Shown here one piece after another: positions 38,046 to 47,043 of a DNA stretch of 64,000 nucleotides. The DNA lies in sequence record NC_041994.1. The stretch is one strand, 5' to 3'. The notes under the pieces are model-generated. The model did no database searches, was not told the origin of the DNA, and saw nothing but the letters and a program-made list of their open reading frames with translations. The position numbers and the translations under genes are program-made. Position 1 is the stretch's first letter. Each line of letters opens with the position of its first letter.

Positions 38046-38921
38046 ATGGCAATTGTAAAACGCAATAAGAGCTCGATCGCTGGCTTGCCGGCTGATTTGG
38101 CAGCTCTGGGCCAGGCGATCGCCGATGAGGCGACTGCTCGCGGCCAAGCCATCACTGATGCCAGCGCTACTGCTGCGCAGAAATCGGCAAACCTGACCGA
38201 CCTGACCGACGTTGTTGCGGCTCGTACCGCACTGAGCGTGAAGTCTGCGGCCGAAGTTACTGCCGAGATCAACCTCGCCAAACTGGCCATCGGTGCCAAC
38301 TACAGCGTTGCTGACATCGCTGGCCGTGACGCCCTGGAAGACTTGGACATCAACGACCGCGTATTCGTGGCCGACGATGGCGACACCAAGTGGGCTATCT
38401 ACAAACCGTTCGCTGTATCCGCTGGTGAAGTTACCAGCTGGACCAAGCTGTACGACCAGGACGCGTTGAACAACGCAATCAGCGCTGCTGCCATCAAGGC
38501 CTCTTATGAGTCCAACGATGACACCAACGCATTCACCGACGCTGAGAAAACCCGTCTGGCGGCTGCACTCGTTGCTGCTGACCTGGCCGGCGATCTGGAC
38601 GTCGCTGCTCCGGCTGACAAGCCTGTTTCGGCAGCGGCTGCCAAGGCCTACATCGATAGCAAAGCAATCGGTGGTGGTTTGCTCATCACTTCCGAAACCG
38701 TTGCTGTTTCGGGTACTGACACCATCACCTTGGCCAATGCACCGGTCAATGGCGTGGGTGGCGTTCTGAACTTCGGTACCGTCCGTTATGTTGACGGTGG
38801 TGGCATCGCTTACGATGCGCCGCTGATCGCTACCGGTGATCCTGAAGTGTTCACTGTGTCGACCGATTCGGCCGGCGAGTGGAACGGCTTCAACGTGCGG
38901 GTTCAGTACCTGCACGCTTAA
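38046..38921 (+). CDS. probable virion structural protein
   Basis: Ala/Asp/Thr-rich, strong codon bias, TATG at 37973, terminator at about 38940-38965. Confidence 0.7.
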   Translation: MAIVKRNKSSIAGLPADLAALGQAIADEATARGQAITDASATAAQKSANLTDLTDVVAARTALSVKSAAEVTAEINLAKLAIGANYSVADIAGRDALEDLDINDRVFVADDGDTKWAIYKPFAVSAGEVTSWTKLYDQDALNNAISAAAIKASYESNDDTNAFTDAEKTRLAAALVAADLAGDLDVAAPADKPVSAAAAKAYIDSKAIGGGLLITSETVAVSGTDTITLANAPVNGVGGVLNFGTVRYVDGGGIAYDAPLIATGDPEVFTVSTDSAGEWNGFNVRVQYLHA

Positions 38922-39022
38922 GGCTGTCGCTTAGGAATCCTCCCCCTTCGTGGGGGAGGGTTTATGCCCCTCACAAATCTACAACCCCCTCTTATCCTTT
39001 ACAACCCAACCAAGGAGTTACC

Positions 39023-39595
39023 ATGAACGCTGACACGATCTATGTTGTTATCGTGGCCAATCGCATTATCCAACGCCGCTTGTCGAAGTTGTTTAATGCC
39101 GCCTTGGCGTGTCACGATTTGAATGTCACGGAGTCGTCGGTGCCCGGTCTGCCGACCTTTATCGAGGACCCGTACAACCGTGAGACCATGCGCTTTCAAT
39201 TCAGCGAACACGCACTGCGTTTGCCGATGGTGGCTGTTTGTGCCCGCAATGAAGGCCATGAAGACATCGTCACACCACCAATCCCTGACACCCCGTTCCA
39301 CAGTCAGGTATTCATCTCGGTAGTGGGCACTATCCACTCCGGCAAGACCGCGGTGATCCGTGAGTTGGAGAATGCACTTAAACGGGACGAGATCCCAGAA
39401 GACCGCATTTGCCGCTACACGCTGGACTACCCAAGCGACGATGCTGTGCTCACCACCGAACAACACATCGAAAGCATCGCCAACATGCGTGCGCGCAACA
39501 TCGTGCTGTTGTACCAGCCGCCGCGTCGCATGACCCACATGAAGGATGTATTCACTAACTGCGGTTACAAGTTTTCCGTATCAGAAGAATCCTGA
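39023..39595 (+). CDS. hypothetical protein with a P-loop-like segment
   Basis: SD aaggag; VVGTIHSGKT. Confidence 0.7.
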   Translation: MNADTIYVVIVANRIIQRRLSKLFNAALACHDLNVTESSVPGLPTFIEDPYNRETMRFQFSEHALRLPMVAVCARNEGHEDIVTPPIPDTPFHSQVFISVVGTIHSGKTAVIRELENALKRDEIPEDRICRYTLDYPSDDAVLTTEQHIESIANMRARNIVLLYQPPRRMTHMKDVFTNCGYKFSVSEES

Positions 39596-39599
39596 AACC

Positions 39600-39607
39600 T
39601 ATATCAC
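39600..39607 (+). promoter_or_regulatory. putative early promoter TATATCAC
   Basis: Exact motif directly after a stop codon. Confidence 0.7.
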
Positions 39608-39638
39608 CAACACGTATATCCAAAGAGAAACATTCGAC

Positions 39639-39920
39639 ATGGCACGTCAAACTAACAATGAGTTGTCTAAACTCCCAGGCTTCTTCTACTACCCGCAAGA
39701 CAAGACGGGTCTGGAAGAGCTGACCTTCGACCAACGCGCTGAGCTGCGCACGAATCAAGGCAACTACATGGTGGCGCTCTGGAAATCAGAAGCCAACATG
39801 AAAACCGACTTGGTGTGTGACTTCGACAACAGTCGCATTCCTACCCATCGTCGTCCCGGGACTGTGATCCCTGGCAACGGCGATGTTCCTTTCGACCTAC
39901 GAGAAGTGATCGCCATATGA
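39639..39920 (+). CDS. hypothetical protein
   Basis: ATG after the promoter leader. Confidence 0.7.
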   Translation: MARQTNNELSKLPGFFYYPQDKTGLEELTFDQRAELRTNQGNYMVALWKSEANMKTDLVCDFDNSRIPTHRRPGTVIPGNGDVPFDLREVIAI

Positions 39921-40417
39921 GAAAGCCAAAGTTCTATTTCGGCAAACGTCGTCTGAAGCATGACGAAGGCAAGCAGAACGGTAAGTTTGTAGTACCGTCG
40001 TTGCTGCGTGGTTGGTTCACCTTGCGTTATAAGCTGCGCCGCTGGAACCTGATTCTCAAGACAGCGGTCAACGGCAGCAGTGGTGCGGTGGGCGACAACA
40101 TGCGCATCAGCACCAACCACTACACCCAGATGCTCACGTTCCGTCGTCGTATCGCCAAGGCACTGAGCCTCAAGCTTTCGGTGCAGCGTCTGCAAGCTTT
40201 GCTTAAAGACATCGAAGACTACCGTGACGAACAGGCCAAAGTGACCGTCACCCCAATGGTTCGTGAAATCGCCAACAAAGGCTACTACGACGGCGTCAAG
40301 AAGGTGGATCACGCCGACGATGATGCAGTCAACTTCGAGCGACCAAGTCACTGCATGACGTATCCGGGCAATCTGACTATGTGCCTCACTGATAAGTGCC
40401 GGGTGCATCCGAAATGA
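39917..40417 (+). CDS. basic hypothetical protein
   Basis: ATGA overlaps at both ends. Confidence 0.7.
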   Translation: MRKPKFYFGKRRLKHDEGKQNGKFVVPSLLRGWFTLRYKLRRWNLILKTAVNGSSGAVGDNMRISTNHYTQMLTFRRRIAKALSLKLSVQRLQALLKDIEDYRDEQAKVTVTPMVREIANKGYYDGVKKVDHADDDAVNFERPSHCMTYPGNLTMCLTDKCRVHPK

Positions 40418-41019
40418 CGACTATTGCCTGGGACGGTATTTATCTGGCGGCGGACAGTCAGTCCACACGTGATTTCCCGGGTACTGGTCACTGCGAGCAC
40501 TGCAATGAGAGTCTTTCTAAGACGGTTAACTCGGTTCGTAAGATCCTGATACCGTTAGCAAAAGACAATGTGTTCTTTCGAGAACAGAAACTCATTGCAG
40601 TGAGTGGTGCTGGTGATAGCGGGTTTGTTGGCCTTTACCGCATGGGCCTCATTAACAACGTGCCACTCGGCACAATCTTCACGATGGCCAGTGAGCTACA
40701 CAAGAACAAAGCCAATACACCGACAGCCGTACTGCTGGTCGTCACCGATGTTGCTGTCTGGGAAGTCAAGCATACCAAGTTTCAAGCCCGAGCTGAAGAA
40801 ATTACCCAAGTCCCCTATGCAATAGGTACTGGGGATGCGGCTGCAATGTTGGCAATGAAGCGACTGGGCCTCACAGCGATGGCTGCTGTAGGCTGCGCTA
40901 TCGACGTTGATCCGTTTAGCGGTGGGGAAGTGTCTTACGTTTCCTGTCGTGACGAGGTGTCTAGCAAGGTCCAAAAGTATAAATGGACCCCAGAAGACAT
41001 CGACGAATTCTTCCAGTAA
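40414..41019 (+). CDS. Ntn-hydrolase (HslV/proteasome-like) peptidase
   Basis: MTTIAWD...LAADSQ, RKI, SGAG, AIGTG...A and DPFSGG; CEHC insert. Confidence 0.8.
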   Translation: MTTIAWDGIYLAADSQSTRDFPGTGHCEHCNESLSKTVNSVRKILIPLAKDNVFFREQKLIAVSGAGDSGFVGLYRMGLINNVPLGTIFTMASELHKNKANTPTAVLLVVTDVAVWEVKHTKFQARAEEITQVPYAIGTGDAAAMLAMKRLGLTAMAAVGCAIDVDPFSGGEVSYVSCRDEVSSKVQKYKWTPEDIDEFFQ

Positions 41020-41076
41020 TCCAACCCTCCCCTTAACGGGAGGGATTTATTCCGTCTCCTGTAAGGAAAAACTACG

Positions 41077-41787
41077 ATGAACAATAAAGCCGCTGAATAC
41101 CTCGGTAACTACGCGCCCTACTACTGGGCAATCTGTGTGGAAACCCACCGTGCACTGGGTGTTGATGCACAGGACCTTTTCGATGAAGTGGTCATCACTC
41201 CTCGTTTGAGTAACAGTGAACTGGAAGTGGTGATCAACAAGCTGCGTGCTCGTGTGCCTGATCTGGGCTTCAGTCAAGCGCAGAACCACATCTTCCGCAT
41301 CATGGGCTACCGCAGCTCTGGCTTGGCTTACGAGATCCGTCGTAGCTACAGCGAACTGCGCAAGCTCGAAGAACTCACTCACCCGAACCTGTGGCACGAA
41401 TACCTGCACGTCTATCGCGACGACTCGGTGTTCGGCTATCAATACGGCAAGGACGAGTGCAGCCTGTTCTACCTGGAGTTTGTGTTCGAGCCTCGTATCC
41501 GCGGCATGCTCGGTCACGAAGACATTCCTGATGACCTCATGGATGCCTACCTGACCATGCTGAACATCTCCCAGCAGAAGACCATGTCCGAACCTATGGC
41601 ACGTACACTGGCTGAGCAAATCGAGCACGACCTGCAAAACCGTGTACGCCACACCACCGCCATGAACCTGGTGGCCATCGCACTGGGTTACAAAACCTGG
41701 CCGTTGGCACTGGGTGCTTGCGTGGATAGCAGTATCCCGAACCTGCGTATCCCTAGCCGATTTCAATCGGTGAAAGAAGCAGCCTGA
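41077..41787 (+). CDS. hypothetical protein
   Basis: SD aagga; 236 aa. Confidence 0.8.
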   Translation: MNNKAAEYLGNYAPYYWAICVETHRALGVDAQDLFDEVVITPRLSNSELEVVINKLRARVPDLGFSQAQNHIFRIMGYRSSGLAYEIRRSYSELRKLEELTHPNLWHEYLHVYRDDSVFGYQYGKDECSLFYLEFVFEPRIRGMLGHEDIPDDLMDAYLTMLNISQQKTMSEPMARTLAEQIEHDLQNRVRHTTAMNLVAIALGYKTWPLALGACVDSSIPNLRIPSRFQSVKEAA

Positions 41788-41865
41788 GAAGAATTACCCA
41801 TCAGGGTATAGTGTGTAGAAATACCGTTTCCATAACGAACCCAACCAAAGAAAAAGGATTACCGC

Positions 41866-42135
41866 ATGTCTCTGTCCAACATCGCTACCGCTATCCGTAC
41901 CTCCGTTGCCGCTGAACTGGAAAAAGTACAACTGCCAGAAGGCGTCGAGGTTTCGGCTGAAGTCAAGCAGCAGTTCGCTGACGCTGGTACCCGTGGCACC
42001 CTGGCTGGTCTGGACTCGCTGCAAGGCGCCGGCTTCGTGCACATCACTGGTTCCGTGGAAGAAGGCAACGACGACGTGGCCAACGCTACCCCAGCTGAAA
42101 TCCTGGGCGAACTGTTCGGTTCCGTGAACTCGTAA
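41866..42135 (+). CDS. IN-x family member (divergent, monocistronic)
   Basis: AGTRGTLAGLD...GFVHI...ILGELFGSVNS; strong codon bias. Confidence 0.75.
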   Translation: MSLSNIATAIRTSVAAELEKVQLPEGVEVSAEVKQQFADAGTRGTLAGLDSLQGAGFVHITGSVEEGNDDVANATPAEILGELFGSVNS

Positions 42136-42221
42136 TACCGCTTCGGCCTGCGCCGCGCATAGAGGAGCCTTCGGGCTCCTTTATGTCGTCAGGTGGTTTT
42201 ATTTTTTCATTGGGGAATCCC

Positions 42222-42998
42222 ATGTCTGGCTACAGCCCTGTAAGGACTACGCAACCTATGTCTAACCAAGAACAAGAACCGAACTCTGTCGAACTGACGG
42301 CGGGTGAAGTCAACAGCAACTGGAATCTGCGCGACAAACTCCAGGTGATCGAAGATTACCAGACTGCATTGAAGAAAGGCTTCATCGGGTCCGAAGAAGA
42401 CTGGATGGACTTCCTGCGTGAGATTGAAGAACTCGCACCGGAGTTACCAGAGCCTACACCTGAGTCGGCTACCGCACCGCTGGACGAAGCGCCACAGCCT
42501 GCGCTGCCTCCAGTGCCTGAAGTCACGATGCGTCTGATCTCCCACAAGGCGGCAAAGAAGGCCAAGCGCTATCGCTCGGGCCCATTCGTGCGTTTGGTGT
42601 TGTGGCTCACTGCATTCTTCCTGATGACCATCACCATCGTAGGCTTGGTCGGTTATGACGTTTACACCAAGAACGTCGTACGTGAGCGTATAGACCGTCC
42701 TGTGCCTTGTTCTTTGAACAAGGAGGGTATCGAGATCACCGGTACTCGTAATTACAGTTACATTGACAATCGTTTCGCCGGTTATCACTGGTCCAACGAT
42801 GAAACACTGCTCGAACGCACCACCCTTAACGTGTCCATGAATGGCCTCACGATCGTGGCCATCACCGACGGTGAATCCAAAACCATTCGCCGGGGTCAAG
42901 CAGAAGGTGGGATTCTAATCCTCCCTAAAGCTGACTACTACACCTTCTTTATCAACGGCAAAGCAACCGGAGCCTCGTATGGCGATCTCTGCAAATGA
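42222..42998 (+). CDS. membrane-anchored protein with acidic/Pro-rich N-terminus
   Basis: Single TM segment LVLWLTAFFLMTITIVGLVGY. Confidence 0.8.
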   Translation: MSGYSPVRTTQPMSNQEQEPNSVELTAGEVNSNWNLRDKLQVIEDYQTALKKGFIGSEEDWMDFLREIEELAPELPEPTPESATAPLDEAPQPALPPVPEVTMRLISHKAAKKAKRYRSGPFVRLVLWLTAFFLMTITIVGLVGYDVYTKNVVRERIDRPVPCSLNKEGIEITGTRNYSYIDNRFAGYHWSNDETLLERTTLNVSMNGLTIVAITDGESKTIRRGQAEGGILILPKADYYTFFINGKATGASYGDLCK

Positions 42999-43494
42999 AA
43001 CCATCAACCGTCCTCCGTACATGACGCCCCATCAACGCCGGACGATTAACGAACTCGCATTGGCTCTGATCAAGCTGATCGTGAACAGCACCTGCACGGG
43101 TGAGGTGAAAGGCAAGGCCCGGACAATCATTGACTACTACTTGATCAACCCGTTCAAGCAACGTCAATCTGATTTCTTCGTGGTGATGTTGCGTCATGTG
43201 GCCACTCACGATCACGCAGCGAACAGCAAGTACGTGCCGCTGCTGACCATGATGTTGCTTTCCAGTCACGACCTACTGCTCAAGCGCCTTGAGATGCTCG
43301 ACATGATCGACGGCTTAGGCTTTCGACCTGAGACCGTCCCAACCAAAGAGCAGCTTCAGAATCGCTTTGTAGAAGCTCTGGCGCTTTACACCGAAATGGA
43401 TCACACGAACCTGGACATGATCCTGTCGTTCCTGCCGATGCATGCTTTCGGTTGCATTCCTCAACCTACTAGTCTTAAGGACCTCCCAGAATGA
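42979..43494 (+). CDS. hypothetical protein
   Basis: Coupled ORF. Confidence 0.7.
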   Translation: MAISANETINRPPYMTPHQRRTINELALALIKLIVNSTCTGEVKGKARTIIDYYLINPFKQRQSDFFVVMLRHVATHDHAANSKYVPLLTMMLLSSHDLLLKRLEMLDMIDGLGFRPETVPTKEQLQNRFVEALALYTEMDHTNLDMILSFLPMHAFGCIPQPTSLKDLPE

Positions 43495-43919
43495 AAGATC
43501 CAAACTGGCACGTTATTGGCCAATACGGCAAACCCAAAGCCAAAGACCCATCCCTGCAATCGGTAGCAGCGATACTGATCCTTGTGTTGTGTCTGGTTAC
43601 CGGCGTACTGACCATTGCCTTTGTGCCGATCAACCCGGCGCAGGCTGAACAGAACCAGTCGTATGAGCAGTACTTCTCACGGGCGTGTTCTAACCTGCAC
43701 CATCTGAGCAAAGAACTACGCGATGCTGAGGAGCTGTACGACCTGACCAGCGTTACGCATGTCGATCCGGTATCGGACGATGTCCACCAGTCGGTTGCGT
43801 GGGATCACATGCAGTTGGCTCGGGAAGCATTGGAAGAAGCGAAGCAACAACACATTCACGACGTCGCATGGCAAGCCAGTATGGGTAATCCTCCTCCTAA
43901 GGAGTATACCTGCCTGTAA
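43491..43919 (+). CDS. membrane-anchored protein
   Basis: TM segment VAAILILVLCLVTGVLTIAFV. Confidence 0.7.
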   Translation: MKDPNWHVIGQYGKPKAKDPSLQSVAAILILVLCLVTGVLTIAFVPINPAQAEQNQSYEQYFSRACSNLHHLSKELRDAEELYDLTSVTHVDPVSDDVHQSVAWDHMQLAREALEEAKQQHIHDVAWQASMGNPPPKEYTCL

Positions 43920-43927
43920 CATCAGGC

Positions 43928-44227
43928 ATGCCGCATTTTATGAAACAACATTCCGGAGTAATGTTCATGAGTGCGATACGACTTTACCGCAATAGCTTGG
44001 GTGATTGGGTGTACGATCGTCAAGGCAATGAACACATCGCGTTGTTGTCCTCTGTGGCTGATATTGAGACCTTCCGTAGCATCGGTCTTCATCCACGCAG
44101 TGCCGTCAGCATCTCAGTCAGTTCGTCTGGACGTATTGATGGTGTGTCATTAGTCGATGGTACCCCGCTCGAAGAGCTGCTGGTGCCGCCGAACCACAGT
44201 CTGTATCGTGACCTTACTCCGGTGTGA
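43928..44227 (+). CDS. hypothetical protein
   Basis: ORF fills the gap; start uncertain. Confidence 0.6.
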   Translation: MPHFMKQHSGVMFMSAIRLYRNSLGDWVYDRQGNEHIALLSSVADIETFRSIGLHPRSAVSISVSSSGRIDGVSLVDGTPLEELLVPPNHSLYRDLTPV

Positions 44228-44286
44228 GTTTTTCTACTGGGGTGGTTTGCAATATGTAACCTTTCCCCAGTATAAGCGAAACCGTT

Positions 44287-44628
44287 ATGTTCGAGTCTCC
44301 ACAAAAACCAAACTGTACCTGGACGTTTAAGCCCGGTGGCCGGGGTTGTCGTAGCGTAGAGACACACGTCGGCGTTTACGTCATCGAACACGAGCCTACC
44401 GGCAAAGTCATCGTGGGTTATTCTCGTCGAGTCAGTCATGATGTCGATCAGCAGATTGCTGCTCTGGCAGGTGACCGTCACGTTAACAAGCACATGAACA
44501 AGCTTGCGAGCATGGACATGGACTTTAAGCTCTACGAGTACGACATCCCGATGGTCCAGTTTGCTAAGGACGCTGTGCGCAAGATCAAGCGCAGTGTCCA
44601 CCATCCGTATCTACTGCTTAATCCCTAG
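44287..44628 (+). CDS. GIY-YIG-like protein (degenerate)
   Basis: GVYVIEHEPTGKVIVGYS. Confidence 0.6.
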   Translation: MFESPQKPNCTWTFKPGGRGCRSVETHVGVYVIEHEPTGKVIVGYSRRVSHDVDQQIAALAGDRHVNKHMNKLASMDMDFKLYEYDIPMVQFAKDAVRKIKRSVHHPYLLLNP

Positions 44629-44638
44629 AGGGAATACT

Positions 44639-44845
44639 ATGATCAGATCAGGACACACGGCTCGCGCCAGACGCCAGCTCAATATCACGATTGCCGAGGA
44701 CGCTCAAGCGATCCTCGTCATCAAAGAGGGTGATCGGTTGGTGGCCACAGGCGAAGTCGATGCCAATGGTCACCAGCCTTTCATCCATCTCAATAGCTCG
44801 ATGGAAAACATCTGGCTTAGCCGCCACGATGTAGAACCCGCGTAA
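44639..44845 (+). CDS. hypothetical protein
   Basis: SD gaggg. Confidence 0.65.
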   Translation: MIRSGHTARARRQLNITIAEDAQAILVIKEGDRLVATGEVDANGHQPFIHLNSSMENIWLSRHDVEPA

Positions 44846-44852
44846 GGACCCT

Positions 44853-45383
44853 ATGACTCCAGCACAGCTCTACCACGGATCGCTTTACAAACAGAACGAA
44901 CTGATGCCCGGCTTCAAACGCTCAGGCAAGCTGGTCCAGTGGGACGGCATTGAAAACAACACCTACCTCTATACCACCACGGAACGAGAGGAAGCCTTCA
45001 GTTTGGGCTTGGGTAGTGCGCTGGAGAAGGTCCTCGACTCACGTCGCTATGCGACTTACGACAATCACATCGTGGTGTATTTCACCAGTGAGTTGCCGGA
45101 CATCGAAAAATTACGTGAGTTGGAAATCTATGTTTACACCATTCGCTTCGACCCTGCGGATGGCTGGGTTCACAACGATAACCCGCTGAACAACATCAAG
45201 ACCGAATGGCTCACACAGCAGACGATCAAAAAGAATCTGCTCAAGTGTGAGCGGGTTGATGTGCCGGCGTGGCTCAAAGGTAAGAACATGCTCTTCACCA
45301 CACGGTCAGTTGATACCTGTCCGCGCAGTTTGGTTGAGGGCAAGGGTAGCTGGGGTGGTAAGACCGTCAAGGTCTCGCTGTAA
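44853..45383 (+). CDS. putative ADP-ribosyltransferase-fold protein
   Basis: LYHGS...L.P...LYTT..REEA...YVY...TEW, an Arr-like H-Y-E pattern. Confidence 0.55.
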   Translation: MTPAQLYHGSLYKQNELMPGFKRSGKLVQWDGIENNTYLYTTTEREEAFSLGLGSALEKVLDSRRYATYDNHIVVYFTSELPDIEKLRELEIYVYTIRFDPADGWVHNDNPLNNIKTEWLTQQTIKKNLLKCERVDVPAWLKGKNMLFTTRSVDTCPRSLVEGKGSWGGKTVKVSL

Positions 45384-45447
45384 CGAGTCGGGGGTGGATG
45401 CCCCCGGCTTATTCCGTCAACACTCAACCGACGTGGAGATCCAAGGG

Positions 45448-46788
45448 ATGTTGGAGCAACTACTTTTACTCATGGGTAAGTTCAACGAACTGAGCAAAGC
45501 TAACCCCATGCTTGCGACCATTATCGGTGCAGGCGGTGCTACGGCTATTGTGATGTCGTTGCGCCAAATACCAGCCAAGCTGTGGAATTTTCTTTTTGGT
45601 CAGATGACAACAAAACTGACTATGAACAATTCCGGTTGGGAAGGCGGGGGTGATCAGTTCCGCAGTTTCATGCTGTGGTACATCAAACACAGTTGGTCGC
45701 GCTGGTCGCGATCACTGTCGCTGGAAACAGAGTGGCAATCACGGGGTGATAACCTTGTGAAGCTGGGGGCTGGTTTCGGCACACACTTCTTCACTTACAG
45801 ACGCCGTTTGTTCTGGTTCAGTAAAATGAAACTGGACAGCTCCGGGACCTCGATGGAGAAGTACGAGATCACGGTGACCGGTCTCACCCGAAAGCGTGAG
45901 TTGTTTGAGGCCATGATGGAAGAGTTCCGTCATCGCTCCTCTACCGACACCATCACGGTAACGGCATGGGATCATGACAAATGGGGCGAACCCGTCACGA
46001 TCACACGGCGTACACTGGAAACGGTGATCATGGAAGCTGGGCTCAAAGAGCGCTTGGTCAAAGACATCGATCGCTTCTACGCATCCCGTAAGTGGTACGA
46101 ACAACGCGGCTTACCGTACAAGCACTGTGTCCTGTTCTACGGCCCACCCGGCACAGGCAAGACCAGCATCATCAAAGCACTGGCTTCTCACTATGGTCGT
46201 AACGTTTACACGATCAACCTGAGTAGTATCTCCGACAACATGCTCCAGAAGGCCATGTCGACGGTTCCAGAAGGATCGATCTTGCTGATCGAAGACTTCG
46301 ACACCAACAAAACAGTAGGGCGTCGTGCACCACCGGTCGAAGCCGCACCGGCAGACTCGACTGCACCACAGCCACTTACTGCTGCACCGAAACCTGAGGC
46401 TTACAGCGCCCTGTCCTTGTCGGGCTTGCTGAACACACTCGATGGTATCGTGCCATTGGACGGTAGTCTGATCTTCTTGACTACGAACCACATCGAACAA
46501 ATCGATGATGCCCTGCTTCGTAATGGTCGGGTAGACCATCGTATCGAGATCCCTTATCTACGGGAAGCTGAGATCCGTACTTACATACAGCTCATGTTCC
46601 CTGATCATTGGGTCAGTCCCGATCGGTGTTTTGACCCGATCGCAGGCTGTGACCTGATGACTCTGTTCCGCGACAACCGGGATGACCCAGAGACTTTCGT
46701 CATGGCGATTCCACAGCGCTCCCTGAAAGAAGTGTTGGAAATGGCTACGAATCAAAGCAAAGCTTTGACCCTTAAACAAACTGCTTAA
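45448..46788 (+). CDS. BCS1-like AAA+ ATPase
   Basis: N-terminal TM, GPPGTGKTS, LLIEDFD, SGLLNTLDG and TTNH...D.AL.R.GR.D. Confidence 0.9.
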   Translation: MLEQLLLLMGKFNELSKANPMLATIIGAGGATAIVMSLRQIPAKLWNFLFGQMTTKLTMNNSGWEGGGDQFRSFMLWYIKHSWSRWSRSLSLETEWQSRGDNLVKLGAGFGTHFFTYRRRLFWFSKMKLDSSGTSMEKYEITVTGLTRKRELFEAMMEEFRHRSSTDTITVTAWDHDKWGEPVTITRRTLETVIMEAGLKERLVKDIDRFYASRKWYEQRGLPYKHCVLFYGPPGTGKTSIIKALASHYGRNVYTINLSSISDNMLQKAMSTVPEGSILLIEDFDTNKTVGRRAPPVEAAPADSTAPQPLTAAPKPEAYSALSLSGLLNTLDGIVPLDGSLIFLTTNHIEQIDDALLRNGRVDHRIEIPYLREAEIRTYIQLMFPDHWVSPDRCFDPIAGCDLMTLFRDNRDDPETFVMAIPQRSLKEVLEMATNQSKALTLKQTA

Positions 46789-47043
46789 CCATACGGCCCG
46801 CTTCGGCGGGCTTTATGCCGCTTGGAGGTGTGATGGCTAAAAAGTACTCAGATAGGTGATAATGTGTTGAGTCTGGCCATGGGGTGGCGTTTGACTCGCG
46901 TTTGTGCATCATTTGGCCATTACCGCGCGATTTCGTGGTAGGCCCATCTGGCCCGGAGCAGGGCTCTTATATTCGACTCAGCCTTCAGCGGTTAAGGAAC
47001 CGGCTATAGAGAAAGCGCCTAGTTGGGTATTAAGGTGTAAATC

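Noticed and set aside
40414-41019. Assigning the symbol hslV
   Set aside because: Fold motifs fit, but there is no hslU partner and the sequence is divergent; orthology is not supportable by eye.
45247-45447. ORF-track start of the AAA ATPase at 45247
   Set aside because: It overlaps the upstream gene by more than 130 nt; ATG 45448 has an SD-like sequence and precedes the TM helix. Similar start corrections were applied to other genes.
46833-47009. Stop-codon reassignment in this genome
   Set aside because: TGA, TAA and TAG all terminate well-supported genes elsewhere in the window.
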